Origin: Schmidtea polychroa
Taxonomy: Eukaryota
Assembly: GCA_044892525.1 (NCBI GenBank)
Contig: CM097888.1
Span: forward strand, 31,434,001-31,498,000
DNA: 64,000 nt
Direction: 5' to 3'
Positions 50,077 through 63,692 of the stretch are shown here, in pieces. A program made the translations under genes and the position numbers. Position 1 is the first letter of the stretch. Each line of letters opens with the position of its first letter. Below the pieces are notes generated by a model, which was not told the DNA's origin, searched no databases, and saw only the letters and a list, made by a program, of their open reading frames with translations.

Positions 50077-53000
50077 TTTTATTTATAATTTAAAATTTAT
50101 AGATTTTATAATTTGTTTATATATTATCAATATAGTATAGTTATTTCATCCGTCGTGAATGTAGGTAACCTGATGATGATAGTGATGCTATCGAAATATA
50201 TAGTGAAAAAGATGTACGAATGGCGATTTTTATTAATAAAATCTTTACCGTGTTTATTTTAGTAATTATTATTATTATTTGTTTAATTATATTGTTCTGT
50301 CAAACAAACAAATTTAATTTTAAAGTTAATTAAAATAATTATTCGAAATATATTTAATATATTAAAAGTCAGAAGGTATTTGAAAAAAATCATGGCAAAC
50401 GAAGGAATAATATTTTATGAAAATTGTCAAAAATAATATCGAAAATAGAAGCTTTCAAAGATATTTTTATAACTAATTCAAATTAGAAATATAAAATCTT
50501 TTAGGCATATTTACAAAATCCTAACCAAATTATAAAATCTCCTTGAATTCCTGGATTCGTGCAGTTTACAAATTTGCTAATCGTTGTTGAACGAATTATT
50601 TTTTTAAAAAATCCTAGTTAATGAGAAACAAATTAGCTGAAATTTAACACTGAAATAGTTAATTAATTTCTTTTTTCATTTCTCTCAATGCCAAACTGAT
50701 CGCGTTTTAGAATTTATCAAAAATATCGATCTGGATCTTGTCTACCATTTTAATGAAAATTTTTAAAATTAAAAAAAAATCATTTAAACGTTTAAAAAAA
50801 TTCATCATATCATCAAAGAAATATTTTAATTTCGTTGTTTTTTTTTGAAAATAGTAAAGTGAATTTTACTGAAAAGATTGTAACAGTTTATCCTAAGAAA
50901 AACAGTTACATTTTCATATAATTAACACTTCACAAACAATACTTACATTTTCAGTAATAATTCAATTATTTTTTATTATCATTGATTGAATATTTTCAAT
51001 TTCTGTTTGTTTGTTTTCGTTAGATTAAATATTAAAATTTGCTAAATTTATTGATAGATATAATTAATAAAATGAAAAATAATATTATTAAGCGATTTAT
51101 TACTCCGCATTTGGAATTTTTATTCTTAAATAGCAAAGAATGTGAGGTTTTTTCGTTATTATATGTGCTGCTTTAAGAGATTCTCCATAACATTATCAAT
51201 TTACAAACCAATGAAAACCTCAACGCCTCAATTTAGACTATCAGAAAAGTTATAAAGATTTACACAATGTATCGGAAAAGAAATATTTTTTTTATGTTTA
51301 ATGTAATTGTGAGATGTTGTTTAAGGACGTTACTTATTACAAGGTCATTTATTTCAAATATTGTTTGACAGGCCGATTTGGAATTTAGGAAAGAATATAA
51401 AACTAAAGCGTGTATAGCATTATTATTATTACATTTTTAAAAGTCAATTCTCCATTAGGAAACCTTCAGATTCACTAAAGAAGAATGATATATTAAATGA
51501 AATGTAAATTTGATATTTTCGAATATAATTATTGACAAAATTATAGAATAAAAAGATAGACGTTTTAGTTTTGCTATTTAGTTATTGTTACTGATTTATC
51601 AGAGAAGTATCAACTTCTAATATAATGAAATAACTTCAGTCTATCCAAAACCTTTAACACGGCGATGTAACTTGAGTAAGTTCCATGATAAATGTTAGAA
51701 TTGACGATATTTTTCATCATACGCCAGAAAATCCATAATATATTGGGAATTCCAAAGATATTCAAAGGTTTTAATTGGTTATTATATAAAACTTGATTCG
51801 AAATTGTTGAAAGAAATCAGCCAATAGGAATGTATCAAGTTTTAAATAAACTAACATATATTTCACTAAAATTTCAGTAATTAATTTCATTATTTTTTGG
51901 TTGCCGAAGGGTCTTGATCAACACGATTTGGGTAGTTTTGTTGATCAAGGATATTTAAAACCATTTATAGTTTTTACAAATAGTTTGATGCAATGTCACA
52001 AAAGTTCAGATCATCACAAACCCTTGCAGTAATATTTAATTATGTAATTTGTATCAATATGTTTTGTTTCTTTTTCGTACATTAAGTTAAAATTTATTTA
52101 TTAATAAATTTTCGTTTGAAAAAATACGAATAGAAATTAAAATTAATGTATAATAATTTCTTTAAATTTAATATAATTATGATTAAATTTCGTTTAAATA
52201 AATTCAATAAATAAATATAAAAAATGAGTATATACTAAAATAATGGCAAATTAAATATATAATTAAATATATAAACATATATTAATTAGCGTTCAACAAA
52301 TTTATCGTATGAATTTTAATTAGTAATTTAAAATTAAATAATTATGATTTGAAGTGTTAAGTTTTAAGAAATCTTTTTTATAAAGATATAATTCGTTGAA
52401 AATGATGTAATATATAATATGTATTAGTGCATGGTTCAGATTTCTAATAATAATTAAATATAAATTTTATATGGTCTCCTATTTAATTTGCAGGCGGTTA
52501 CAGGGATGCAGTTTCTGGTTATCTGCTGTTTTTGTACGTTTGAATGAAGATGGAAATTTTAGCACCTGTATTTTTCTATTATCCGACATTAATTAAATTA
52601 ATTAATTATTAATTATTGTAAATGGAATTATCCTGTTTGTCTGAATCAGGTCTCATTTTATAGTGTCTGAATTATCTCAAAATTGCTAATATCATTTATT
52701 ATTATAAATACATTTTCAGACTTGATAGAATTTATTTTTTAACCTGTTACCAATTTCGACAAATTTTTGGTTTTGTTCTAAAATTTGATGAGGCTATTTC
52801 CTAAAATTCGGAAATTGAAAATTATTTTCACTATTATTAGTCAGTTATTGTCAGAACATTTTACAATATTAATATAACATTAGCTTAAACAAAATTAATT
52901 AGAAAAATTATTTACAAATATTCAATGTTTCTTTTTGTATATGAATATTTAAACAAGCAATCTCAAGATCACACATTTTCTAAGTAAAATTTGTACAAAT

Positions 53001-55704
53001 TAAAATATTAATATACTGAATATTTCTTTTTAATCACAATCTTAACCATATTTAACCAAAAAAGTAAATTTACAAAAAATTTACAAAAGTTTTAATTATT
53101 TGTTCCCAGAAAGTATTTAATGTCCAAAAATATTTGTTTTTAAAATTAAATTATTTTATCTTATTTATTTACATTCTGAAAAGAAATACAAAATTGATTA
53201 AGTCTAAAGTTTGTGTAGCGTAGAATTAAATTTTGTGATCTTTTATCAGACTGAACATAAATGAAATTTCATTAAAAAAAGAAAACAGATCATGGGCAAC
53301 CAAAAAAATATTTTGCTTTATTTTACCCTACAAAAGAAATAGAATACTCGATATTTAAATATTAAGTATATTTTTAGTAAAAAATTAAAATTATAATTTG
53401 TTCATGAAAATGTGATTTTAATTTGTAATATAAAATCAATTTAAAATTCATAATAAAATATAAACTTTTTCTTTTCCTTTATGTTTCCTCTTGAAAAGTT
53501 TCAAATATAATTTTTGATTTATATTTGGATTGTAAATTGACAATTTCAGTGATATAATTGTTTATAAAAAAGGTTTTTGTTATTTATGAATTAATTAATT
53601 TTATATTTTAAGCTTTGTTTAAAAAATTAATTAATGAAAGTTGTTGACATTTTGAAATTGATACAATTTATTTATTAAATGTCTTAGTATGATATGATAT
53701 TTTTCGGTAAGTAGAGATCCATATACTTTTTAGTTTTTGTCAATCTTAAATCGTTTATGTCAAATTCAACTTTGATCAAAAATAACAAATATGAATAAAA
53801 TCAACTGTTCTTATATATTACTGTTTAATCCCATATTTCTTTAATTTTATTTACACAACTAACTTATTTTAATCTTATACTTTAGTTAATTCCTTTTTTT
53901 ATAAACTTACTTTTATATAATTATTTCTGTATAATTACTTTTAAATACTTAATTAAATTAAAGTAATTAAATATTATTAATTGAATTTTTTTCTTACTAT
54001 ATTTGATATAAAAATATTTCCCTAGAATAAATTATTATTATTTATATTTACCAGGAAATTTGTCGATTAATAAAACATCTTTTAAAGTTAATTTTATTAC
54101 AATATTTTTAAAAAGATCGACTATTAAATTTATTATTAAAAATCTTGTAATTTTGTTTTATTAAATTGAATTTTATTTTAATATTATTTTATTATCCTTC
54201 CGCTGAGAGAACACTGATTTTTTATGGTAACTAAGAAAACAAATAAAATTTGAATATTTATTGTTAAAACAATAAAAAAAATCACATTATAATTATTAAA
54301 ATTTAGAATTAATTGTTAAGGAGAGGAAAACTAAGCTTAATTAATGAGCTTTTGACTTAATTTTCTTTGAATGATGAAAATAATTAGATCATTTAAATAT
54401 TTAAATGTCTAACAGTAAATTTCAAAAATAAATAATTAATATAAAGTTATGAAAAGCTTGTCTAAATGAATCATATGAAAGTTATTAGGGGTAACAATAT
54501 CATTAGTAATGAAAATATATTAATTCAAATTTTTATGTTTTTATATTTAAAGATTAGCTAATCTTGAATTTGTAAAAGAAAAAAATGTAAATAAAATATT
54601 TTAATGTTTATTTGATTTTTAAGAATTGTTTGTATATAAAGTTAAAATCTTGTTTTTTCATCTCTTCAGTTTTATGAATTGATATTTTGAATTTTACACT
54701 TTTTTTGTTAATTACTTTTTGTGTAAATAGTTTTATTGATAAAAATAAAGAATTTAAAAAAGAAAAATTACCAATTTGTTTTAACTCATCTGAAATGAAA
54801 TTTCTTATTTATTTTGCAAATTTTCGTTAAGTCAACAATGACGTTGAAATATATAATTGAGATTTTATCTCTGATTATTTCTTGCATAAATATTTGGATG
54901 TAATTATAGCAATAGAAAATGGGATGCCTCCAAAGTTCATTAAGTCTTTTCTCTACTAATTTCTTTACTTGATTCAAGTTGAATATGCTGAAGTAATTTC
55001 AAAAGATCCATTCCAGTTGCAGTATATGTTGGGAAAACTATAAAATGAAATAAAGATGAAAATCTTTTCAAAGAACTATAGTGTGAATTTAGAATAGGTC
55101 ATGGAATGCTTGGTGTAATGCTTCCTAAGATATTGATAGCTTATGTTTAAAAATTTATTTGTAAGAAAATAATATAAAATTAATTTTCAGAGAATTTAAT
55201 CAAGCAATATCTAGATAAACATTTTATTCCTATCATAATATATAATAAATAAATTAAGATTAATTAAGTATTGCTTGATAAAAACTGTAAGAAATGTTTT
55301 CAAATATTTATGGAAACAAATGAATGAAAACATTAATCTCAAATAGAGTAGTTCAAATAGCAGACAATGCGAAATAATCTTGTTGAGTTTTTTTATAATT
55401 TAATCGGTTATTTTATTTGTTAATTGTTTATTATTAATTGCTTCTTCAATTTTCTTGACAATGACAAACTTTCAACAATATTTAAAATTTCTTTAAAATT
55501 TACTATCATTGTCATTTTGTTGTCCTCTCTTTATATGGTTACACAATCCAACTAATTTCCTGTAAAGGACATAATCAGAAAATTATCAAGATATAAAATT
55601 TCTACTTGTAGATATAAATTTATAGGATAATTTGATTATTTATTTTATTTTGGAAAACAATTTAGTTGTACTTTTTAATTTATGACTTTTATTGATATAC
55701 TTTG

Positions 55705-55969
55705 TCAAATTTCACCACTGATTTCTTTTCAATCGATGTATTTAAAAAAAGGTTTGACTATGAATAAGTAAATATATCGATTTTTTTATATTTACTAAGT
55801 CACTTGAAAAAGACAGTGCCGAAAATTCGTGAATATCAAAAGATTCATTGATATATTTACTGATTCGTAGTCCAACTTTTTAATAAATACTATATATATT
55901 ATAAGAACTTTTTTTTCCAATTTCACCACTGATTATTTTTTTCCATTGAATTTATTATTAGAGAGAGAA
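55705..55969. repeat. Composite copy of the modular dispersed repeat family
   Basis: Two direct aatttcaccactgatt modules about 210 bp apart enclose a reversed cacttgaaaaagacagtgccgaaaattcgtgaa module. Confidence 0.85.
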
Positions 55970-56420
55970 AGATACAATATGATATTTTGAACGATATTAT
56001 TAATAAGTTTATTTTTTGTCAAAAAAAATAAAACATTAAAACTTAGACCGAAACACACTTGAGATGAGACTATAAAAACTTCATGAAGTTTCTGGTGAAA
56101 ACTACAGACAAGTAAATACTGGTTTTATTATAATTAATTAATTTTATAATTAATCATGCTAGCAGATAACATTTGTTTCATTTAATTTCTTTGGATTCAT
56201 CTAATTTTCATGAAAATAAATCTGATATGTCTAGAAGGAATTTCGAAAAATGTTAATTTTCTTAATAAAATTACAGAAATTAGCATGTATGCATCAAACA
56301 TTATAAATATAATTATATTTATATAATATTAGTGTAAACTAATAAAACTAATAATAAAAATAAAATATTTAATCTTGTAATGGTGTAAAATATTTTTTTA
56401 CGGATGTCTAACATTAAAAT

Positions 56421-56862
56421 AATATAAACATTACAAGCTTTGTGATACCCAGTGCAAATCCCAATAGTAGACTAGTTTCGAGCTTTTGGCTCTCATCAGT
56501 ACTATGCAGGAGACGCGAAGATTTCTCTTCACGCCAGGTAAGTATACAATATTGCTGATTCAACTCTAGTGCATTATTTCCCTACTACACTGGAAATCAC
56601 CTCACTTGCAAATTAGCTAAATCACAGAAAAAAATAAGTTTTCAGATATTTTTTTCTGTGATTTACCTAATTTGCAAGTGATGTGATTTCCAGTGTAGCA
56701 GGTAAAGTATGCAATAGAGTTGAATCAGCAATATTGTATACTTTCCTGGCGCGAAGAGAAATATTCACGTCTCCTGCATAGTACTGATAAGAGCCAAAAG
56801 CTCGAAACTAGTCTATTATTGGGATTTGCACTGAGTATCACAAAGCTTGTAATGTTTATATT
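56421..56862. mobile_element. 442-bp foldback element (216-bp arms, 10-nt loop), possibly a Mutator-like MITE
   Basis: 56421-56636 and 56647-56862 are reverse complements (about 90%). The direct repeat ATTAAAATA at 56413-56421 and 56860-56868 overlaps the ends. Confidence 0.85.
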
Positions 56863-57786
56863 AAAATATTTAATATTAAAATTATTTATTTTTGAATTTT
56901 TATGATTTCATTATACTTTTAATAATTCATTGATGATACTACTGGATATGTAAAATTATTAAATATGTCAGAAATTTTGTTATAGTTATTTTTTCTAAAT
57001 AATTTATATAAACGACAAATACTTTAGCTGATTAAATTTTAGATGTTAAAATTCTATTTTCACTATTAGATAATATTTAATAAAAATTTATTTTAGATTT
57101 ATTATTAACTTTTTAGTAACTTTTATTTTCAAAATACTGAAATTTTCATTAATTTTAGATATTTTATATGTAATATTGACTATATTATTAGCATTATAAA
57201 AAAATATTTTAGCATATTTTTAATTTAGATTAATAGATACCGACTTACATTTTTTCACATTCAAACTGACATATATTAAAACAAAATAAAAATAAGTTGC
57301 CATATATGATGAATGATGTTGGAATATTCGTGTTTGCACTGATAAGAATTATTTTTTATAATTATGATTTATTCTGCATCAATAATAATTATTGAATTAA
57401 TAATACTTATTTTTAGATTATACAATTGGAAGTTGTATAAATAAAACATCTATAGATGTTTGGGTAGAATTTCATTAAATAAATATTTTTATCTAATATA
57501 ATTTTGTTCTAATTTTATCCTTTTTAAAAATTAAAAACCGATTGTGTAACTGTCATAAAATAAACCACGATTGGTTGAATTAATTTTAAACACGTTGTAA
57601 AAATTATTATATAAAGCCAACTATTGACTACACCTGTTATCATAGTACTTTCTGTAATAAATATGTGTAAATTTCCTCACAAAACAAAAAAGAAATATTT
57701 TGAAATTAGAAATTAAAATGAATAGTTTATCTATTTAGTTCGTTGAATATTATCTTACCTATGATCATCGAATTCGAAAACGAAAC

Positions 57787-58257
57787 ATGAAATAAGAACT
57801 TTTTTGAAATAAGATTTTGTGTTAATAAGTAATTTATAATTCGATTTATTAAAAAGAGAGCTTGAAGACTATAAATCAGTAATATATCGATGTTTTTTGA
57901 TACTCACGAATTTTCGGCACTGCCTTTTTCAAGTGAATTATTCAAGTGAAAAAATAATCAGTGGTTAAATTGTAAGAAATAAAAGTTCTTATAATAATTT
58001 ATAATTATTTAGAAATAAATTTTTCACAAAACCAATAATGATTAAATATGATTAAATATGATTAAAATATGATTAAGATTTAAGATTAAAAATATTTTAT
58101 AAATTTATTTGAAGTATTATAAGAACTTTTTTTTCAAATTTCACTACTGATTTCTTTTCCATTGTATTTATTAAAAAGCTTGAAGACTAAGAATCTATAA
58201 ATTTATCAAAAACATTGATATATTTACAGATTCATAGTCAAGCTTTTTAATAAATTG
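57787..58257. repeat. Two adjacent copies of the modular dispersed repeat family, with an internal hairpin
   Basis: 57901-57939 is identical to 29991-30029. The ataagaactttt motif appears inverted at about 57985. Hairpin arms atttattaaaaagcttga and tcaagctttttaataaat lie at about 58167-58257. Confidence 0.88.
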
Positions 58258-60345
58258 TTTTAAGTAATTTATAATTCATATTAAATATTTGTTTAATTTA
58301 TTACTTATTTTATGAATAAACAACTGAATTTAAACGAATAGGATTTTATTATGAAAATTATTTGATATTAATCTTAATTCAGATGAGTTTATAGAAAATG
58401 TTATTCTTCATCACATAAAGATTTCACGACTTTTAAAAGGGTGTTAATAGGTTAATACGAATTAAAATATTTTATGAATTAACCATTTTATATAGATAAT
58501 GGCAGATAATTTAGAACGCCACATTTAGAAAGATTTTGAACTGTATATTATGTAACGAGCATTTTTTANNNNNNNNNNNNNNNNNNNNNNNNNNNNNNNN
58601 NNNNNNNNNNNNNNNNNNNNNNNNNNNNNNNNNNNNNNNNNNNNNNNNNNNNNNNNNNNNNNNNNNNNNNNNNNNNNNNNNNNNNNNNNNNNNNNNNNNN
58701 NNNNNNNNNNNNNNNNNNNNNNNNNNNNNNNNNNNNNNNNNNNNNNNNNNNNNNNNNNNNNNNNNNNNNNNNNNNNNNNNNNNNNNNNNNNNNNNNNNNN
58801 NNNNNNNNNNNNNNNNNNNGTAAATTAAATTTTAACTATTACACATGTTAAATTATTCTTGTTTTCAGACCATTGTTTATGTTTTAAGCAAATAATTTCG
58901 TTGACTTTGTAAACAGATTTTCGTGAAAAAAGTTTATCCGATAATTTAAACAACTAATTGAACTATTTGTGTTGAATATATTGTATATTATATTTAAAGT
59001 AAAATAAAATTCTTTTTAGGATATATTTATTCAAATGTAACCCGCAAATTGTAAACAAATCTTTGGCTGGTAAATTAGATGAAAATAATTTAATAAAAAT
59101 TATGTTTCTACTTTTTCAATTTAGTTTAGTTGTTTTTAATTATTTTTTGATTTGTCATTTATTGTTTTTATTTAAAATAAAGAAGTAATTTAAGAATATT
59201 TTTATTTATATATTTTATAATATTTTATATATTTTATTTTAAAAATCTTCTAATTTTATTTTATTGAAACCTCTTTAAAACTTATTAAAATTTTGAATGT
59301 TCTAAGCTTTTAGAAATTTAGAACCCTTGTCAATTTAAAGAATACATTTTTTCTCAAGTAAACTTATCAATATTTCTAAGAAAAATATACTCTAGTACTT
59401 CAGTCCTCAAAAAATTATCTTGACGTCAAAAATGACATTCAATTATTGTTTTTAAATTTTAGTCTATATTTTCTTTGTATTCGTGTGAAGTTAAATACTT
59501 TTAAAACAAATTTTTAATAATCTTCTTAAATTTAATAATAAATTTTAATTTCTTTTAAATTCCAAAATATTATAATAGAACATTAAATTACTTAATAAAG
59601 CTTATTAAAAACTTTGTGGCTTTTATTATTTAAAGCATAATATAAATACGATTATTAAAAAAGAGGTCTATTATTTAACAGTATTTAATATAATAATAAA
59701 TTAAATATTTTTGAATTTTCCCAAATCTCATTATCCTTGATTATTATGTCAAAATCATTTCTAACAACCCTGACAAACTTTCTCTTACAATTTCATATTT
59801 TATGAATTTCAAATAATTCTAAAATTTATAGAAAATAAATGTTATGAAACATTTTTATTTTAATTTTAAAAGGATTAAATCTCTTCAAAATTTCTTTGCT
59901 TTTCCATTTATATTTATCTAATAATTATGGCTGAAAGAAATTTGAATTATGCTACAGTTAAATATAAAATTATGTATTATTTGTAATCACTCGAAAACGT
60001 TTTATTTTTATTTTCAATTTTTTCGATATTTTTTGTTTTAATTTAATTTTAACTTTGATGTTTTTTGAGATTTCCAGTGTAAAATTTTCATTTGGTGGAA
60101 TTTATTGACACAAAATAAAAATAATTAGTTCCAAGTAATTGAATATGTTTTTGCATGCTCTAGGTGTACATTGTCTTTCACTTTTTAAGATTATATTTTT
60201 TGGAATTTAAACTGTTTGGTCAAAGTTTATTTTTTTTTAGGTTCAAGAAGTGCATAGAAGTGTCAGTAGGTATCAACAACCCACTAAAAATGCATAAATT
60301 TGCAGCGGTTTACTGTAATGACTTCGGTTTGGCGTTACACTTTAA

Positions 60346-60775
60346 AGCAAGTGGTACCCATAAATGTCGATCGCGTAAAGATTTAAAGTCAATCGACTGT
60401 GGATTCGCAAGTTTTTACGCGAAAAAAAGCAATTTACTTTTTTTAAACAGTTACTTTGGCTTTAGCGCTGTCACACTTACTTAACTTAGCTGCCACATCT
60501 AGTGAATATGTTGGACTGAATATGTGAAGCTCTGTGTAGACCAATCAACCAATCACAATGCCGCATTTAGCTGCGGGTTAATCAACTATACATTTCCTAT
60601 TTAAAGAAAATTTTTAAAGATTACTCCTTAAAAATGATGAAATATAATTTTTAATGTGTCCTGCATAGGCCTGCACTGTGATAAAAAAGATTCCGCCTGT
60701 GACGCTAAAGTAGATCACTGTTTTCTTTCAATTTTGAAAAGTAGATATTAGGAAAAAATTAGTGGCACCACTGCT
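60346..60775. mobile_element. Kolobok-like non-autonomous DNA transposon, 430 bp
   Basis: TTAA on both sides (60342-60345 and 60776-60779). Imperfect TIRs AGCAAGTGGTACCC versus (reverse complement) AGCAGTGGTGCCAC begin with two purines. The interior is GC-richer with ccaatc boxes. Confidence 0.6.
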
Positions 60776-61749
60776 TTAAAGGGTTGATATATTTATATAT
60801 GTATTTAATGTATTTTATATTTAGTTTCTTAATTATTAAAGGAATTATTAACAATAGAAATATTTTAGTATTTATTTTTAGATATTTTTAAAAATTTAGT
60901 TATGAAATTTTTTACTATATTTTTAATTTATAAATATAAATGAAATTCGAGTTGTTCTCAAAATCTGTTAACTTATCGGTCTAGATTATACCTTGAAATT
61001 TATTGTGAAATTTTTATTGGAAATTAAGTACAAATTTCAATATTTAATTTTTGAGTTTTTGTAATTTTATATTTTGTTTTTGATCCGAAATTTAAGCTTT
61101 CATTAAATTGCACTTTAATTTGTTTTTTTATAATTAAAGGATTACTTACAGACCTGTTAAAACAATTTAAAATTATCGGTTTAAAAAAGAGATTAAAACA
61201 GAATAAACAATATTTCAATAATTATTGGGAACGTGCAATTTGTGAAAGCGTTATTGATAAAGTCATTTGGATTCGAAAATGAATGTCCAAAATATAGTGA
61301 ATACTTGTGCTTTAAATTTTTTTAAATAGTTCTTATTTTTTTTAAATTATAAATAATGATGAGTTTTTGTTAAATTAAATAATTATTAAACAATTAAATT
61401 GAATAATTTTAAATTCCAATATTTTAAGGGTTCCCTTTGATTTGTTGTTATAATTAAAAAATGATTTATTATTTAAATTATAATTTTAAATATTTTTTAT
61501 TAAAATTGATTCACATTATATTTATTTACATTTGTAAAGTTTTTGTATCATACTAGTTTTGTAGTACTAGTTTGAACAAGTAGCACTTATGTGTATTTTC
61601 TTTATTATCATAAACATCCACTCATATCTTTCTTGGTTTTTATTTCGAAACCTAGCGTTTTATTAGTATCGTAGCTCTTATTTCAAGGTTTTAGCTTATT
61701 TTACTTTGGTTATTCCGATTCCTTGTGCTTTATTATGTCCTATTTATTT

Positions 61750-62015
61750 ATTGCGCTATTACTATACCACTGATTTGTTAATTTTCCCATAAAATTTAAT
61801 TTCTGCTGGGCTTACTCATATCGTTTTCTGAATTGTCGCTATTAGAAGCTGCTAACACATCTTCTAAATTATTTTTGAACCGGATTTAAAAAATAATTTA
61901 GAAGATGTGTTAGCAGCTTCTAATAGCGACAATTCGGAAAACGATATGAGTAAGCCCAGCAGAAATTAAATTTTATGGGAAAATTAACAAATCAGTGGTA
62001 TAGTAATAGCGCAAT
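61750..62015. repeat. 266-bp foldback palindrome (127-bp arms, about 12-nt loop)
   Basis: 61750-61876 versus 61889-62015; I found only one mismatch (ttctgaatt vs aattcggaa). Confidence 0.95.
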
Positions 62016-62284
62016 TTAATGAAATATTGAATAATTTCCAAACAAATTTTCTGCGTTGAATAAAATATTTTAAAAACCATTTATTAAAATTTCGATATTT
62101 AAAATATATTTATTTAAAAATGATTTACTAATATAAAGCTTGTTTAATTTTTTAATTTTTCAATTTAAAAAATTCAATTTAAAAATGTTTTTCAAAGTTA
62201 TTTTAACTAGTCAATTATTTATCATTTAAAATTATCTTAATAAATCATTGAAATATTTAATTCTCAGCTGAAAACACCTTTCAA

Positions 62285-63160
62285 TAGCTTTCAATGTGTA
62301 TTCAACTTCTGGTAATATATTTGTCCAACTTTTCTGTCTTTGTTCTATTTACAACACCTTTTTTGTAACCTCTGATTGTGCGAAATTGTCTCTCTATTAA
62401 CCCGTTAGTGTTATGATAATATGAACTTGAGAAGACATTTCTAATTCCTCCAAATTTTGTTTGCTTTGTAGCCTTTTCCAGAATTTTCATAATTTTCTAA
62501 AGGTTAGAATTCACGTGAAAGTAAAACGTAACCAAATTGCTAATAAATATTAAAATCATAATATCAGAGGATGTAAAAGATTCCTGTAAATATTCATATT
62601 AAGATTTTAAACAATTAAATATTTAAATATTTTATTTTAACTCTAAAGTATATTTTAAATTTAACCAACATGTAGATCAAGGGCAAAATGTAACAAGAAT
62701 TTCTTCCAACAGAATTGTTTAAATATTATAAAAAATTTTTTAATATTGATCAATTATTCAGGACAATTTTTTTGAATAAACTTGTGGAAATTTTGAATTT
62801 TTTTAATTATAAAATTTAATGAAGAAAATTAATGCGATATTATCGCGACTAACATTCTCTTTTCATCTTGTTTCTTTATAGACGAAGGAAAAATATAACT
62901 TCTTTAATGAGCGATTATACCGCATATGTATTTTTCTCTATTGAATGTTTCTTTTATTAGTACACATATATCCATATAACATTTTTCAAATGGTTCGGTA
63001 CTTAAGGTTGTTTTTAGTTTCTCTTTAGTCTTTATAGTGAATGTCTTCGTTTCTGGAATGCAATGCAGTTCGAAATTAATAATTTTTCTTCTTTTATTAA
63101 ATTCTACATGTCAAAATTCCGTGGACATATAATTACTTCCTATACTCCTGTGTGGCATAA
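62285..63160 (-). pseudogene. LTR retrotransposon (gypsy-type) integrase remnant
   Basis: In order: LCHTGV...NCIAFQKR (HHCC zinc finger), TEPFEKCYMDIC...KYICGIIAH, FSSSYYHNTNGLIERQFRTIR and WTNILPEVEYTL. Many stops and frameshifts. Confidence 0.88.
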
Positions 63161-63582
63161 ACATCCATTATGTCTTGATAATTGTGGATAAATAATACAA
63201 GTAGTATTTCAATGAAATATTTTCTAAATGTCAACGACAAAAGTAATAAATATTTAGATTTATTCTTTTTCAAAAACAAGAAATGTTTTTTTATCAATCA
63301 AAGAATCACGGAAAAAATAACGATGTCATATTATATTATGTCTATTCTTGGATTTCAGAAGAAGAAATATTTTGTCCAATTGAGATTTAGAGAATACTTT
63401 ATCTTGTATTTTAAGTAGCAATTGCATACATTTATCATGTTGCTTGATCACAGGGAAATGGTTAAAAAGACCTCATGAAACTAATCCTCAGTTTCCATGT
63501 TAATAATTCTTTTAAAAAATATCTTTCTACATTGAAAGGTTCTTATAAAAAGCATCATTCAATTAAGTTGCTCATTACAGGG

Positions 63583-63692
63583 TTATTCAACAATATATTT
63601 AAAATTATCCAACAATATATTTAAAATTATTCAACAATATATTTAAAATTATCTAAAAATATATTTAAAATCATCTAAAAATCTGTTTAAAA
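63583..63692. repeat. 22-bp minisatellite, 5 units
   Basis: Unit TTATTCAACAATATATTTAAAA, diverging progressively toward the right. Confidence 0.9.

Noticed and set aside
51560-52020. Possible LINE reverse-transcriptase traces (CDDL; KTFEYL/GIP across a frameshift)
   Set aside because: The motifs are too short, and the spacing and frames are inconsistent.
55705-58257. Recurring palindromic modules considered as a CRISPR-like array
   Set aside because: No regular repeat-spacer periodicity, the copies are dispersed and in both orientations, the context is eukaryotic, and there are no cas-like genes.
7675-58823. ORFs containing X runs (7.7, 11.0, 34.4, 49.3 and 58.5 kb)
   Set aside because: They are open only because they span N gaps.
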